From: a bacterium | Lineage (GTDB): Bacteria; Patescibacteriota; Saccharimonadia; CAILAD01; BJGX01 | Direction of reading: 5' to 3' | Assembly: GCA_029778565.1 (NCBI GenBank) | Contig: JAKOQC010000187.1 | Location: 2,615-66,614, forward strand | Length of the DNA: 64,000 nucleotides | Part shown: in pieces, positions 10,393-18,799 of the stretch | Numbering within the stretch: position 1 is the stretch's first letter | Layout: the number at the start of each line of letters is the position of its first letter | Program-made: the position numbers and the translations under genes | The notes under the pieces: model-generated | Seen by the model: the letters and a program-made list of their open reading frames with translations, nothing else | Databases searched by the model: none | What the model was told of the DNA's origin: nothing

Positions 10393-11379
10393 ATGCTTAT
10401 TTCCAAAAAGACACTGTTTTGGCTGATAGTTATTATTATACTTATTTTTGGTACTTCTGTTGTAGTTTTGAGTATATTTGAAAATATTGCACCTTCTGAG
10501 GCGCTCTATCGGACAGTCTATATAAGTGTTTCTCATCATGATGCGTTTGATATGCAAGATTGGGTGGGTAGGGCAGTAGTAATTAGCCTGATTGTTTCGA
10601 GCCTGGTCATTATAGCCTATTTGCTCAAAACTATTGGAGAATATATCATTAATATAGGAGACGGTCTCAACCGTAATAAAGTAAAGGCGAAACTCGTAAA
10701 TATGAAAGATCACTACATTATTTGTGGACTCGGGAGAGTTGGGCATAATATTGCCAAAGAATTAGCACTAGAAGGAGTAAAATTTGTTGGTATTGATAGC
10801 GACCCAGAACGCGTTAAAGATGCAGTAGCGCGTGGCTACACGGCTTTTGTAGGTGATGCTACACAAGATGAGGTACTCAAAAAAGCTAAAGTCGACAAAG
10901 CCAGGGGTTTGGTAGCTAGTCTTGGCCAAGATTCTAATAATTTGTTTGTAACCCTCAGTGCGCGCCAACAAAACCCAGACCTATACATTGTTTCTCGCTC
11001 TAATCACAGTGAGAATGTGGCGCATATGCAGCGTGCAGGTGCCGATAAGGTGGCTCAGCCTAATCAAATTGGTGGTTTTCATATGGCAACCATGTTAACC
11101 CGCCCCGGGGTAGTTGATTATTTAGAGGTAATTAACAAAAATCATGCCGGCGAGTTAGAGGTAGAAGAAATAATTGTTGCTAAACACTCTAAAGTAGTTG
11201 GTGACAAACTTGGACAGCTCTTAAAAGAATCTGACTATAGCGTGACCGTGTTAGCGATTAATACAGTAGAGGGCAAGAGTATCGTTAGCCCTCCTGCTCA
11301 TACACGCATTAATGCAGGTGATAAATTAATTGTAATGGGTAAATCTAATCAGTTGGCTGGACTGGGTAAAATAATATAG
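10393..11379 (+). CDS. RCK/TrkA-domain membrane protein (two N-terminal TM helices, then TrkA-N and TrkA-C)
   Basis: Rossmann motif ICGLGRVGHNIAKEL...VGIDSD. No GYG selectivity filter was seen. The ATG at 10393 is preferred over the track's TTG at 10375. Confidence 0.65.
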   Translation: MLISKKTLFWLIVIIILIFGTSVVVLSIFENIAPSEALYRTVYISVSHHDAFDMQDWVGRAVVISLIVSSLVIIAYLLKTIGEYIINIGDGLNRNKVKAKLVNMKDHYIICGLGRVGHNIAKELALEGVKFVGIDSDPERVKDAVARGYTAFVGDATQDEVLKKAKVDKARGLVASLGQDSNNLFVTLSARQQNPDLYIVSRSNHSENVAHMQRAGADKVAQPNQIGGFHMATMLTRPGVVDYLEVINKNHAGELEVEEIIVAKHSKVVGDKLGQLLKESDYSVTVLAINTVEGKSIVSPPAHTRINAGDKLIVMGKSNQLAGLGKII

Positions 11380-11382
11380 ACC

Positions 11383-12279
11383 ATGAAGCAAGTTGAATAT
11401 TTAACGGGGGAAGTTGATTCTGGATTGCGTTTAGATGCGGTATTAGCCAGGAATTTTTCTGATATTTCTCGCTCTGCCTGGCAACAAAGCCTAAAATTGC
11501 ATCCGGCTGTTGTAGACAATCAGACCGTGAATGGTAGCTATAAAGTAAAGCCAAACCAAAGAATATTGGTTAATATACCAATCCTCAAAACAACCCAAAT
11601 TAGTCTAGTATCTCCAAAAGTAATACCCGACATTATCTACCAAGATGATGACGTTATTGTTATTAACAAACCAGCTGGTCTTATAACACACCCTACAGAC
11701 ACTCAACCAACTCTACCATCTGTGGCCGGTGCTTTTGCTGATAGTATTACAGATAGCGACCCTATGCGGCCTGGTATTGTTCACCGGCTAGATAAAGACA
11801 CGAGTGGGGTGATGATTTTGGCGCGTAATGAAGCAGCCAAAACATATTTGCAAAAACAGTTTCACGATCGCAAAGTGAGTAAACACTATATTGCTCTGGT
11901 ACAGGGCAGGCTCGAGCGACCCTCGGCCCGAATAGATCTTCCATTGAGAAAAAGTAATCAACGACCTAATACGATGCAGGTTCATGCTGGTGGTCGCACA
12001 GCGGTGAGCGAATACCATGTGACTGCAGAGTATACAAATGCAACCTTAGTCAATGTTACAATTCTGACTGGGCGAACACATCAAATTCGCGCTCACTTTG
12101 CGCATATTGGCCACCCCGTTGTTGGTGATACAAGATACGGTAAGCATTCTCGGCCAAACGGGCTTTCGCGTCAGTTTTTGCACGCTAGCAGCCTAGTGTT
12201 GGTGTTACCATCAGGAAAAACACAGACATTTACAAGCGATTTACCTATAGATTTAAAAAATTACTTAGAGCAACTATGA
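11383..12279 (+). CDS. RluA-family 23S rRNA pseudouridine synthase (RluD-like)
   Basis: S4-like N-terminus and the catalytic motif HRLDKDTSGVMILA. Confidence 0.8.
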   Translation: MKQVEYLTGEVDSGLRLDAVLARNFSDISRSAWQQSLKLHPAVVDNQTVNGSYKVKPNQRILVNIPILKTTQISLVSPKVIPDIIYQDDDVIVINKPAGLITHPTDTQPTLPSVAGAFADSITDSDPMRPGIVHRLDKDTSGVMILARNEAAKTYLQKQFHDRKVSKHYIALVQGRLERPSARIDLPLRKSNQRPNTMQVHAGGRTAVSEYHVTAEYTNATLVNVTILTGRTHQIRAHFAHIGHPVVGDTRYGKHSRPNGLSRQFLHASSLVLVLPSGKTQTFTSDLPIDLKNYLEQL

Positions 12280-13070
12280 ATACTATGTGGCCAACCAACT
12301 CCCAAGTAGGTAAACGATTAGATTTAGCAGCGCAGAATCCGGCACATGCCTATATCTTTAGTGGTCAGAAGGGGTATGGTGCGCGGGTTTTGGCAGATGT
12401 ATTTGCAGCCAAACTACTCAGTTTAGAATATGTTTCTTCTACCGCACCATTACACCACCCCAATATTGTTTATATAGCACCACAAGAAGGTAAGAAGAAA
12501 ATTAGCATTAGCCAGATTCATAGCCTTATTCATAATGCCTCGCAGACAAAGTTTAGCCAGAATCTGCCCAGAATTTTTATTATCGACAGGGCTGAGCAAC
12601 TTAGCCTAGAGGCGTCAACTGCCCTCTTAAAGACTCTAGAAGAACCAAGTTTGGGTACAATTTTTATTCTAACAACCTATAGTCTGCATAGCATATTACC
12701 AACAATTCGCTCTCGGGCTGTTACTATAACCCTCCCTAAGCTGAGTAATGCTGAAATGCAGCAATACCTAAGTAATAACTCGGCAATTTCAGAGCAAGAC
12801 TCCATAGATCAGTTTAAAAATAGTAGTGAAGAAGCTCGCCAATTTGCGACTGGTACAGTATCAGAAAAATTGGCCGTTGCCAAGCAGGTGGCAGAAAAGC
12901 AAGAAGCATCAGATTTTCTCGATAGGCTATGCTATACTTTACCCACAGAATCGTCTATACTTGTTAGAGCATTTAACCAAGAGAGGATAATGGAGGCCGA
13001 AAAACAAATCGGCTCTAATGTCAACCAACGTTTCGTACTCGAAAACTTGGCTCTGCAGTGGAGTAACTAG
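12276..13070 (+). CDS. holB: DNA polymerase III delta' subunit-like AAA+ protein
   Basis: Degenerate Walker A (YIFSGQKGYG), box VII-like motif ...IRSRA, and LLKTLEEP. Confidence 0.7.
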   Translation: MNTMWPTNSQVGKRLDLAAQNPAHAYIFSGQKGYGARVLADVFAAKLLSLEYVSSTAPLHHPNIVYIAPQEGKKKISISQIHSLIHNASQTKFSQNLPRIFIIDRAEQLSLEASTALLKTLEEPSLGTIFILTTYSLHSILPTIRSRAVTITLPKLSNAEMQQYLSNNSAISEQDSIDQFKNSSEEARQFATGTVSEKLAVAKQVAEKQEASDFLDRLCYTLPTESSILVRAFNQERIMEAEKQIGSNVNQRFVLENLALQWSN

Positions 13071-13071
13071 T

Positions 13072-13761
13072 ATGATTGCCGAAGTTATTATTATATTTCT
13101 TATCGCCGGAGTTACCCTTGGTGCAATTTTGTATCGTAAGAATGCCCTGGCTACCTTTTTAATTAACAACCTTTCGGCTACTCCACCCAGCCAAGACGTT
13201 GCACTTGATACTTTGCTTGAGATAGCAGGACGATATTATGCTGAAAAAAATTATCTTTCAGCAGAAAAAGCGTATCTTAAAGTGCTAAAAGTAGATCATA
13301 AGAATAGTCTGGCATATAGCCGACTAGGGTTTATATATTCGCATCTTGGCAATACCGATGATGCAATTGAGTGTTTTAAGATTGTTGCCGATACCTATCC
13401 AAACGCAGCTAGTTACCATAATCTAGCCATGATGTATTTTAAGAATCGGGATTTTGCTCATTCGGCCGAAGCCCTAGAAAAATCACTCAGTATGGAGGAA
13501 CACTTTAGCCGACTGATTAATCTAGCACGGATATACCGTGCCATGAACAAATATGACAAGCAAATAGAAACCCTAAAACGAGCACATGATATAGAACCAA
13601 ACAATATCGAGGCAATGCAACTTTTAGCCGAAGCCTACTTGCATGAAAAAGATGAAAAATCGGCTCGAGTGCTGTTTCGCAAAATTCTTAAGGTAGAACC
13701 AGACAATATGCGTGCCCGTGCTGGTTTACAACCTTCTAGACAATTGAAAAAAGCGCGTTAG
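13072..13761 (+). CDS. membrane-anchored TPR-repeat protein
   Basis: N-terminal TM helix followed by several 34-aa TPR-like repeats (AYSRLGFIYSHLGNTDDAIECFK...). ATG at 13072 preferred over the overlapping 13018. Confidence 0.55.
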   Translation: MIAEVIIIFLIAGVTLGAILYRKNALATFLINNLSATPPSQDVALDTLLEIAGRYYAEKNYLSAEKAYLKVLKVDHKNSLAYSRLGFIYSHLGNTDDAIECFKIVADTYPNAASYHNLAMMYFKNRDFAHSAEALEKSLSMEEHFSRLINLARIYRAMNKYDKQIETLKRAHDIEPNNIEAMQLLAEAYLHEKDEKSARVLFRKILKVEPDNMRARAGLQPSRQLKKAR

Positions 13762-13838
13762 TTTGCTAAGATATAATCTGATTTTAAGCTTTAAAAGCGT
13801 TTGCTTTAGATTTTAAAATTACTTTGTAACTTATATAT

Positions 13839-13925
13839 GCAGGGATACCGAAGTGGTCAAACGGGGCAGACTGTAAATCTGCTGGCTTTATGCCTTCGGG
13901 GGTTCGACTCCCTCTCCCTGCACCA
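13839..13925 (+). tRNA. tRNA-Tyr (anticodon GTA), long variable arm, CCA encoded
   Basis: Acceptor stem GCAGGGA/TCCCTGC. Anticodon loop CTGTAAA. Variable arm 13 nt. 3' end ...ACCA. Confidence 0.85.
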
Positions 13926-14000
<75 letters not shown>

Positions 14001-14075
14001 CGTCGATTTGTTGCTTTCACTTTCGTAGAACACCTAGCGGTATTCTGCTTCAGTTCTCACTACAAATCTCCTTAT

Positions 14076-14101
14076 CGAAAGAAAATCAGGATTTTCTTTC
14101 G
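14076..14101. repeat. perfect 11-bp inverted repeat (CGAAAGAAAAT cagg ATTTTCTTTCG) in the tRNA spacer
   Basis: Read directly. There is no flanking T-run, so it may be a processing or regulatory hairpin. Confidence 0.4.
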
Positions 14102-14205
14102 TAACAATTCAAATCTTTGGATTTGAATTGAAAAAGAGAAACACAGCGAAAGCTGATATAATAATTTTCAGAATTATTATGCAAGCTGGAGCTTTGTTTG
14201 GATGT

Positions 14206-14282
14206 GCCGGCGTAGCTCAATTGGTTAGAGCAGCTGTTTTGTAAACAGCAGGTTGCGGGTTCGAGTCCCATCGCCGGCTCCA
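14206..14282 (+). tRNA. tRNA-Thr (anticodon TGT), CCA encoded
   Basis: Acceptor GCCGGCG/CGCCGGC. Anticodon arm GCTGT-TTTGTAA-ACAGC. The T-stem has one C-A mismatch. Confidence 0.7.
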
Positions 14283-14300
14283 TAAAAATGTTATCTACTT

Positions 14301-14486
14301 ATGTGGGAAAAAATTGACTCTAGTCTGAATATTCTCCCAGAAAATAATCCACCAGCGTATTTGGCGGACTGTTTTTTGCGAGAAGACCCACGTGTTAGAT
14401 CTATGAGTCTAGTAGTGGGTTTGGCATTGATTGTAGCTAAGCTAACGGTAGTGTCATTAATAATACTTTTTGCGTTTTATAGATGA
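14301..14486 (+). CDS. small hypothetical membrane protein (61 aa)
   Basis: The ORF stop overlaps the next gene's ATG, and the C-terminus is hydrophobic. No homology was recognised. Confidence 0.3.
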   Translation: MWEKIDSSLNILPENNPPAYLADCFLREDPRVRSMSLVVGLALIVAKLTVVSLIILFAFYR

Positions 14487-14704
14487 GCAAAAGCAAACAA
14501 TCAAAACCAAAAGAGCTAGTGCTCGATACAAAAGACAAGAAGTTTGCCGGCGTTGCGGGTGGTATTGCCAAATATTTTGATGCCGACCCGGCTTTGGTAC
14601 GCGTAGTAGCAGTAATTTTAGTAATACTAACCGGAATTATTCCAGGAATAATTATCTATGGTGTATTTTATTTACTCATGAAAAACACCGACACAAAACA
14701 GTAG
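14483..14704 (+). CDS. PspC-domain membrane protein
   Basis: 73 aa. FAGVAGGIAKYFDADPALVRVVAVIL matches the PspC domain and is followed by a TM helix. Confidence 0.6.
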   Translation: MSKSKQSKPKELVLDTKDKKFAGVAGGIAKYFDADPALVRVVAVILVILTGIIPGIIIYGVFYLLMKNTDTKQ

Positions 14705-14706
14705 GC

Positions 14707-15123
14707 TTATTGGCTGAGATTACCAATATAGTAGTCTTTTAGCATTTCGTCAGCAGTTGGTGAATGGGACTTACCTCTACCACCCTGTGTATCAAAGGCC
14801 CTGGTGGCTTCTTTACCGCAATAAGGTATTATTTGTGAAACTCCACCCGGGTGGTCGGGAATAAATTTAGTTACATCATACACTTTGTTATTAATAAGCA
14901 GCCAACAGTTACTTTCTGATGAGTGTTTGGCAATCTCTGCGATGGTATAGGTTGTAGTAGTTTGGCTTGTGGAAGGTGTAGTAGACCCGCCAGTAGTATT
15001 GGTATCGATTGGTTTGGTAGCCGAATCAGACTCTTTTAGTTGTTTTTGTAAAAAGCCCAAGACAAATATTCCACCGAGAATGAGGGTACATATGGCTACA
15101 ACAACAAAAACGGTCTTTTTCAT
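14707..15123 (-). CDS. membrane-anchored cytochrome b5-like heme-binding protein
   Basis: N-terminal TM helix, Thr-rich linker, and a C-terminal cyt-b5 fold with the HPGG motif (KFIPDHPGGVSQI...ATRAFD). 4-nt overlap with the upstream gene. Confidence 0.7.
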   Translation of the reverse strand: MKKTVFVVVAICTLILGGIFVLGFLQKQLKESDSATKPIDTNTTGGSTTPSTSQTTTTYTIAEIAKHSSESNCWLLINNKVYDVTKFIPDHPGGVSQIIPYCGKEATRAFDTQGGRGKSHSPTADEMLKDYYIGNLSQ

Positions 15124-16403
15124 GATAAAGCAAACTCCTCAGATGTAATTAAGTTGTTATTAATGCCCGCACGGACAAAATCTTTACGCACAGTCTTCAT
15201 CATTGGTGGTGGCCCACATATCCAAATTGCAGCATGAGAGTCTTTTGTTTGCGCAGCTATACTACTGGCGCTAAACTGGGGTTGTTTTTCACTGTTAATA
15301 AGATGCAAGCGAAAATTTGTTTTTGTTTTTGCGATAGCTTTTAGCTCGTCTATAAAATATGCTTGAGACTCAGAGCGAAAACTATAATACAAATCAACAG
15401 TTTGATTGTTTAGAGCCTTTGCCATCGCAATAAACGGTGTTATGCCTATACCACCAGCTATCCAAACTTGGTGTGTATATTTATCAATATCACGTCCAAA
15501 CTCGCCGTAAGGCCCTTCTACACTAACAATATCTCCAGCCCGCACATTACTTAGTGCATTGGTGTAGTCACCAAGCTGTTTTATACCAAATTGAAGAGTT
15601 TTTTCACTCGGTATAGAAGTTAGGCTAAAGGGATGATATTGCTTAGGCAAATTACTATTATTAATCTTAATAAAAGCAAATTGTCCTGGCACATATTGCT
15701 TAATGCCATTATCTGAAGACAAGCTAAGCTTTATTATATCGGCTTCTTTTTTTGTCGACTGAACAGTATACTGCCAGCGTTTACGAAAACTTTTATGAAA
15801 AATAGAACGATAGCCAATAACAGTAAGTGCCAACAGCACCCAAATAGTGCCAAAAATAATCAGTGGAGTAGATTGGCTTATATCGCTGCCAGCTATAAAA
15901 AAGCCATGGTATGCACCCAAAAAGAAAACCAAGCCAATGATAATTTGCAGTTTTACAAACCATTCATGTTTGATGCTGATATATATACTAATTAACACTG
16001 CAATGTACACTATACCTAGTGTTGCTTCGCCGGCTAATTGCGGAAGATTTAGAGATGGTTTTAAGAATTGATACCCCTGAGCAAGAGAAATGGTTGAGTA
16101 CCGCAGGGTAATAAGGGTTGGGTGAATCAGTAAGAGCATAAATGCCCAACTGCCAGTTATGTGGTGCCAGCGGTATAGATTAGGTAGGCCGCCATAAATT
16201 TGCTCAAAGACTTTAAGTCTTGTACTGAGGAATATATTCCAACCAAATAGTGAGAAACCTGCAATAGCACAGAGCTTACCTAAGGTATTTAGTGTTTCAC
16301 CGGTAGTGGCAAATGCCAATGGTTGAGTTACAAGCCATAAACCAACAGGAAACAGCGCAACTATAAATGTAACAATAGTAGGTCGTATATTCCTTTTTTG
16401 CAT
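15120..16403 (-). CDS. NOX/ferric-reductase-like flavocytochrome (FRD transmembrane domain plus FAD/NAD(P)H-binding FNR-like domain)
   Basis: Six TM helices with His pairs (WHHITGSWAFMLLLIHP). HPFS FAD motif. GGIGITP NAD(P)H motif. C-terminal CGPPPM. Confidence 0.75.
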   Translation of the reverse strand: MQKRNIRPTIVTFIVALFPVGLWLVTQPLAFATTGETLNTLGKLCAIAGFSLFGWNIFLSTRLKVFEQIYGGLPNLYRWHHITGSWAFMLLLIHPTLITLRYSTISLAQGYQFLKPSLNLPQLAGEATLGIVYIAVLISIYISIKHEWFVKLQIIIGLVFFLGAYHGFFIAGSDISQSTPLIIFGTIWVLLALTVIGYRSIFHKSFRKRWQYTVQSTKKEADIIKLSLSSDNGIKQYVPGQFAFIKINNSNLPKQYHPFSLTSIPSEKTLQFGIKQLGDYTNALSNVRAGDIVSVEGPYGEFGRDIDKYTHQVWIAGGIGITPFIAMAKALNNQTVDLYYSFRSESQAYFIDELKAIAKTKTNFRLHLINSEKQPQFSASSIAAQTKDSHAAIWICGPPPMMKTVRKDFVRAGINNNLITSEEFALS

Positions 16404-16540
16404 GTAATATAATGATACCAGTATTTCGGTCCTTTTTTATAGTATTACTATGAATGCTGAAATATCGCTGAATGGTTAGCATAACTATAAATATTAATCA
16501 TTTTCTGATAAAATGAGCTAGTTCGACAGATAGAATATCG

Positions 16541-16586
16541 TTAGCCATTAAACCAATTACACTAAAGGGGTGTAGCTCAGTTGGCT
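16541..16586 (+). repeat. direct repeat copy A (leader plus first 21 nt of tRNA-Trp)
   Basis: 46 nt identical, bar one T/C, to 16667..16712: TTAGCCATTAAACCAAT(T/C)ACACTAAAGGGGTGTAGCTCAGTTGGCT. Confidence 0.8.
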
Positions 16587-16636
16587 GTCGAGCGTTAGTG
16601 AGCACAATAGATAATTCTAGTCGGTATCCGACGCTC
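16566..16636 (+). pseudogene. degenerate tRNA-Trp remnant
   Basis: Starts as tRNA-Trp (AGGGGTGTAGCTCAGTTGGCT) then diverges. The anticodon arm is replaced by an insertion and a GTCGG-tat-CCGAC hairpin, with no T-arm or CCA. Confidence 0.5.
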
Positions 16637-16666
16637 AAAGATAGAACATTCAAAAAACAAATATTA

Positions 16667-16712
16667 TTAGCCATTAAACCAATCACACTAAAGGGGTGTA
16701 GCTCAGTTGGCT
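16667..16712 (+). repeat. direct repeat copy B (leader plus 5' part of the intact tRNA-Trp)
   Basis: See copy A. Confidence 0.8.
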
Positions 16713-16768
16713 AGAGCGTCGGTCTCCAAAACCGAAGGCCGCGGGTTCGACTCCTGCCACCCCTGCCA
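16692..16768 (+). tRNA. tRNA-Trp (anticodon CCA), CCA encoded
   Basis: Acceptor AGGGGTG/CACCCCT. Loop CTCCAAA. T-arm GCGGGTTCGACTCCTGC. Confidence 0.85.
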
Positions 16769-18340
16769 TTGTGAAATTACAGCCGAAATAGCGGCTGTTT
16801 TCGCTTTTATAGAAGGGAATTCTTTAGTTCTAACCAACTCTAATTCTTTCTCCAGTGCGGGGTATGCTTTTGCGATTGGTACAAGCCATGGATGAGGTGT
16901 AATAGTAAGTTTTTTATCTTTTAGTTGTAATTCTGTGCCCAGTTCTAACATTATTTGTTTGCGCTTTGAGCTATCACCAAATTTGAAGTTTGAATGTGCG
17001 TGAGTGGCAAAATTAATGGCAGTTGTAGCAATATCCGCCCAATCTTTAGAGCGTTGCTCTGTATCTCTAAGCTTTATAGTTAATTGTTCAATCTTTTCTT
17101 CTAGTATTTCTTTCTTCTCAATAAATTTGGATTCTGTTATTAAATTGCGTGTTGCTAAGTCTATTAAGCTATCTAATTGGTTTTGGGCGGCCAATATGCT
17201 CTTATGTTGCATTTCATATATATCAGTTCTTTTATTTGATTCCTCACTATTTAATCTCTGGATTACCTTAAGAGCCCATTGTTCGAACTCTGGCAAAATA
17301 GTATACTCCGATAATATTTTCTCCATTTCTATTTCAAGTACAGATTCTTCAATAAATCTAGTTTGACTACAGTTGAGCTTTCGTTTTTTCCGAGTACAAT
17401 GGTAATACTTATAAGTCTTAAGTTTGTTACTTGATTTTATTAGCTTAGTTTTTTCTTCAGCGGTAATTGCACATCCACATTCTCCACATTTCATTAAACC
17501 TGAATAGGCGAAGTCATGGCTACTTGCTCTTGGCTTTCCTTTTTTACCCAGTATAATTTGCGCTCGATCGAATTCTTCTAAAGAAATCATAGCTTTGTGC
17601 TTGCCCTCGTAAACAACATCATTTCGCACAAGTTTGCCTGCATAAAATTGATTAGTAAAAATTTTGTAAACAGTGCTTAAGGCAATTGGTTTACCACCAC
17701 TTTTTCTGTGCTTTGGCGTAATGTAACCCCATTCATTTACAGCAATGTCCCAAATTTTATGCACGGGTAATTGATCAATTAATAAAAGATCCCACATTCT
17801 TCTTATAAGAGGGAACCTAACCTTATCAATGTCGGCCATTTTAGTTACTAGGTTATTTGTATATCCTTGAGGTACAAGGCCCGTAGGGCCTCCCAAGGAG
17901 AGTTTTGTGTCATTGCCGCGCTTTACATCCCTACTAAGCTTTGCAGACTCGTATTGCCCCTGCGAAAGTGCCATTTGTAACATCCAAATGCCTTCTGGTG
18001 AGTTATCAAAATGGTAAGAACAAAATTTGAGATCTTTGATAATTGATTTTCTAACCCTAGATGTTATTCGGGCTGCATCTACTTCGTTACGAGATAAGCG
18101 ATTAGGGTGCCATGCAATAATAGCATCGGCTTCGCCATTATCAATAACCTCTAGCATTTGGTAAAAATCATCTCTAACATCTTCTGTAAACGCAGATTTG
18201 TGTTCCTCAAAGTGTTTTACAATGTGTAAATCAGAAAACTGCTCTTGTATCTTTTGTTTTTGCGCATATGTAGATAGAACCTGTCTTTCAGGATCTTCTG
18301 TTGATTTGCGCGTATAAGCTATGTATCGTAGTTTTTTCAT
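16703..18340 (-). CDS. large serine recombinase (resolvase/invertase catalytic domain, recombinase domain, zinc ribbon, coiled coil)
   Basis: N-terminal YTRKSTEDPERQ with the Ser nucleophile. Central recombinase domain. CGECGC...YYHCTRKK zinc ribbon. The start is taken at MKKLRYIAYTRKST (18340). The 3' end runs antisense across tRNA-Trp. Confidence 0.85.
   Translation of the reverse strand: MKKLRYIAYTRKSTEDPERQVLSTYAQKQKIQEQFSDLHIVKHFEEHKSAFTEDVRDDFYQMLEVIDNGEADAIIAWHPNRLSRNEVDAARITSRVRKSIIKDLKFCSYHFDNSPEGIWMLQMALSQGQYESAKLSRDVKRGNDTKLSLGGPTGLVPQGYTNNLVTKMADIDKVRFPLIRRMWDLLLIDQLPVHKIWDIAVNEWGYITPKHRKSGGKPIALSTVYKIFTNQFYAGKLVRNDVVYEGKHKAMISLEEFDRAQIILGKKGKPRASSHDFAYSGLMKCGECGCAITAEEKTKLIKSSNKLKTYKYYHCTRKKRKLNCSQTRFIEESVLEIEMEKILSEYTILPEFEQWALKVIQRLNSEESNKRTDIYEMQHKSILAAQNQLDSLIDLATRNLITESKFIEKKEILEEKIEQLTIKLRDTEQRSKDWADIATTAINFATHAHSNFKFGDSSKRKQIMLELGTELQLKDKKLTITPHPWLVPIAKAYPALEKELELVRTKEFPSIKAKTAAISAVISQWQGWQESNPRPSVLETDALAN
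16778..16810 (+). terminator. hairpin (ACAGCCG-aaata-GCGGCTGT) plus T-tract after tRNA-Trp
   Basis: Read directly. A near-identical stem recurs at 20486. Confidence 0.5.
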
Positions 18341-18481
18341 TGTTATACCAAAATGGACGGCTCTGGTAGATCCAATCACATACTGAAACAGCTGTTTACT
18401 GGCAGAGCCGCCCATTAAGGCAGCAAAAAAGCCGTTTCAATGTATTATGTTTTGGATCTACATAACCATTATCCTCCTATG

Positions 18482-18613
18482 TTATTCATTTATCAATTCG
18501 ATCATCCTAATCATATGTTCAGCCTGCTCATTTGCTTCCTGCAAAGATAGAACAGTGCCATATTCTCTATAGTGTATGTCTATGTATTTCTCTAATTCTT
18601 CGTCCGTTAACAT
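18482..18613 (-). CDS. hypothetical 43-aa protein (MLTDEELEKYIDIHYREYGTVLSLQEANEQAEHMIRMIELINE)
   Basis: Hand-translated. Its ATG lies 2 nt after the stop of the upstream RHH gene. It is acidic and helical, so a recombination directionality factor is one possibility. Confidence 0.3.
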   Translation of the reverse strand: MLTDEELEKYIDIHYREYGTVLSLQEANEQAEHMIRMIELINE

Positions 18614-18615
18614 TG

Positions 18616-18783
18616 TTATTCTCCAGTGTCATCGTTTGCGTATATATCTAAGTTATTAACATCGATATAATTTGCTACAAGTTCATTAATAATTTGTGTC
18701 ATAGAAACATTCGTATTAGCTGAATGTATTTTTAATATTCTATGTAGCTCTGTATTTAACCTAGCGTATTTGCTCTTTTTCAT
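18616..18783 (-). CDS. ribbon-helix-helix (CopG/Arc-like) DNA-binding protein, 55 aa
   Basis: Hand-translated: MKKSKYARLNTELHRILKIHSANTNVSMTQIINELVANYIDVNNLDIYANDDTGE. A basic beta-strand is followed by two helices. RBS GGAGAAAG lies 6 nt upstream. Confidence 0.5.
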   Translation of the reverse strand: MKKSKYARLNTELHRILKIHSANTNVSMTQIINELVANYIDVNNLDIYANDDTGE

Positions 18784-18799
18784 TGTTCTTTCTCCTTAC

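Noticed and set aside
10366-10746. 126-aa minus-strand ORF antisense to the RCK/TrkA gene
   Set aside because: No RBS, N/Y-rich junk composition, and full overlap with a gene that has clear domain signatures.
16707-17366. Plus-strand ORFs (62 and 120 aa) antisense to the serine recombinase, plus the recombinase tail reading ...ESNPRP...
   Set aside because: The plus-strand ORFs are shadow frames. The recombinase C-terminal residues are just the reverse-complement translation of the tRNA-Trp T-arm, so the true functional C-terminus is uncertain, but no separate gene is implied.
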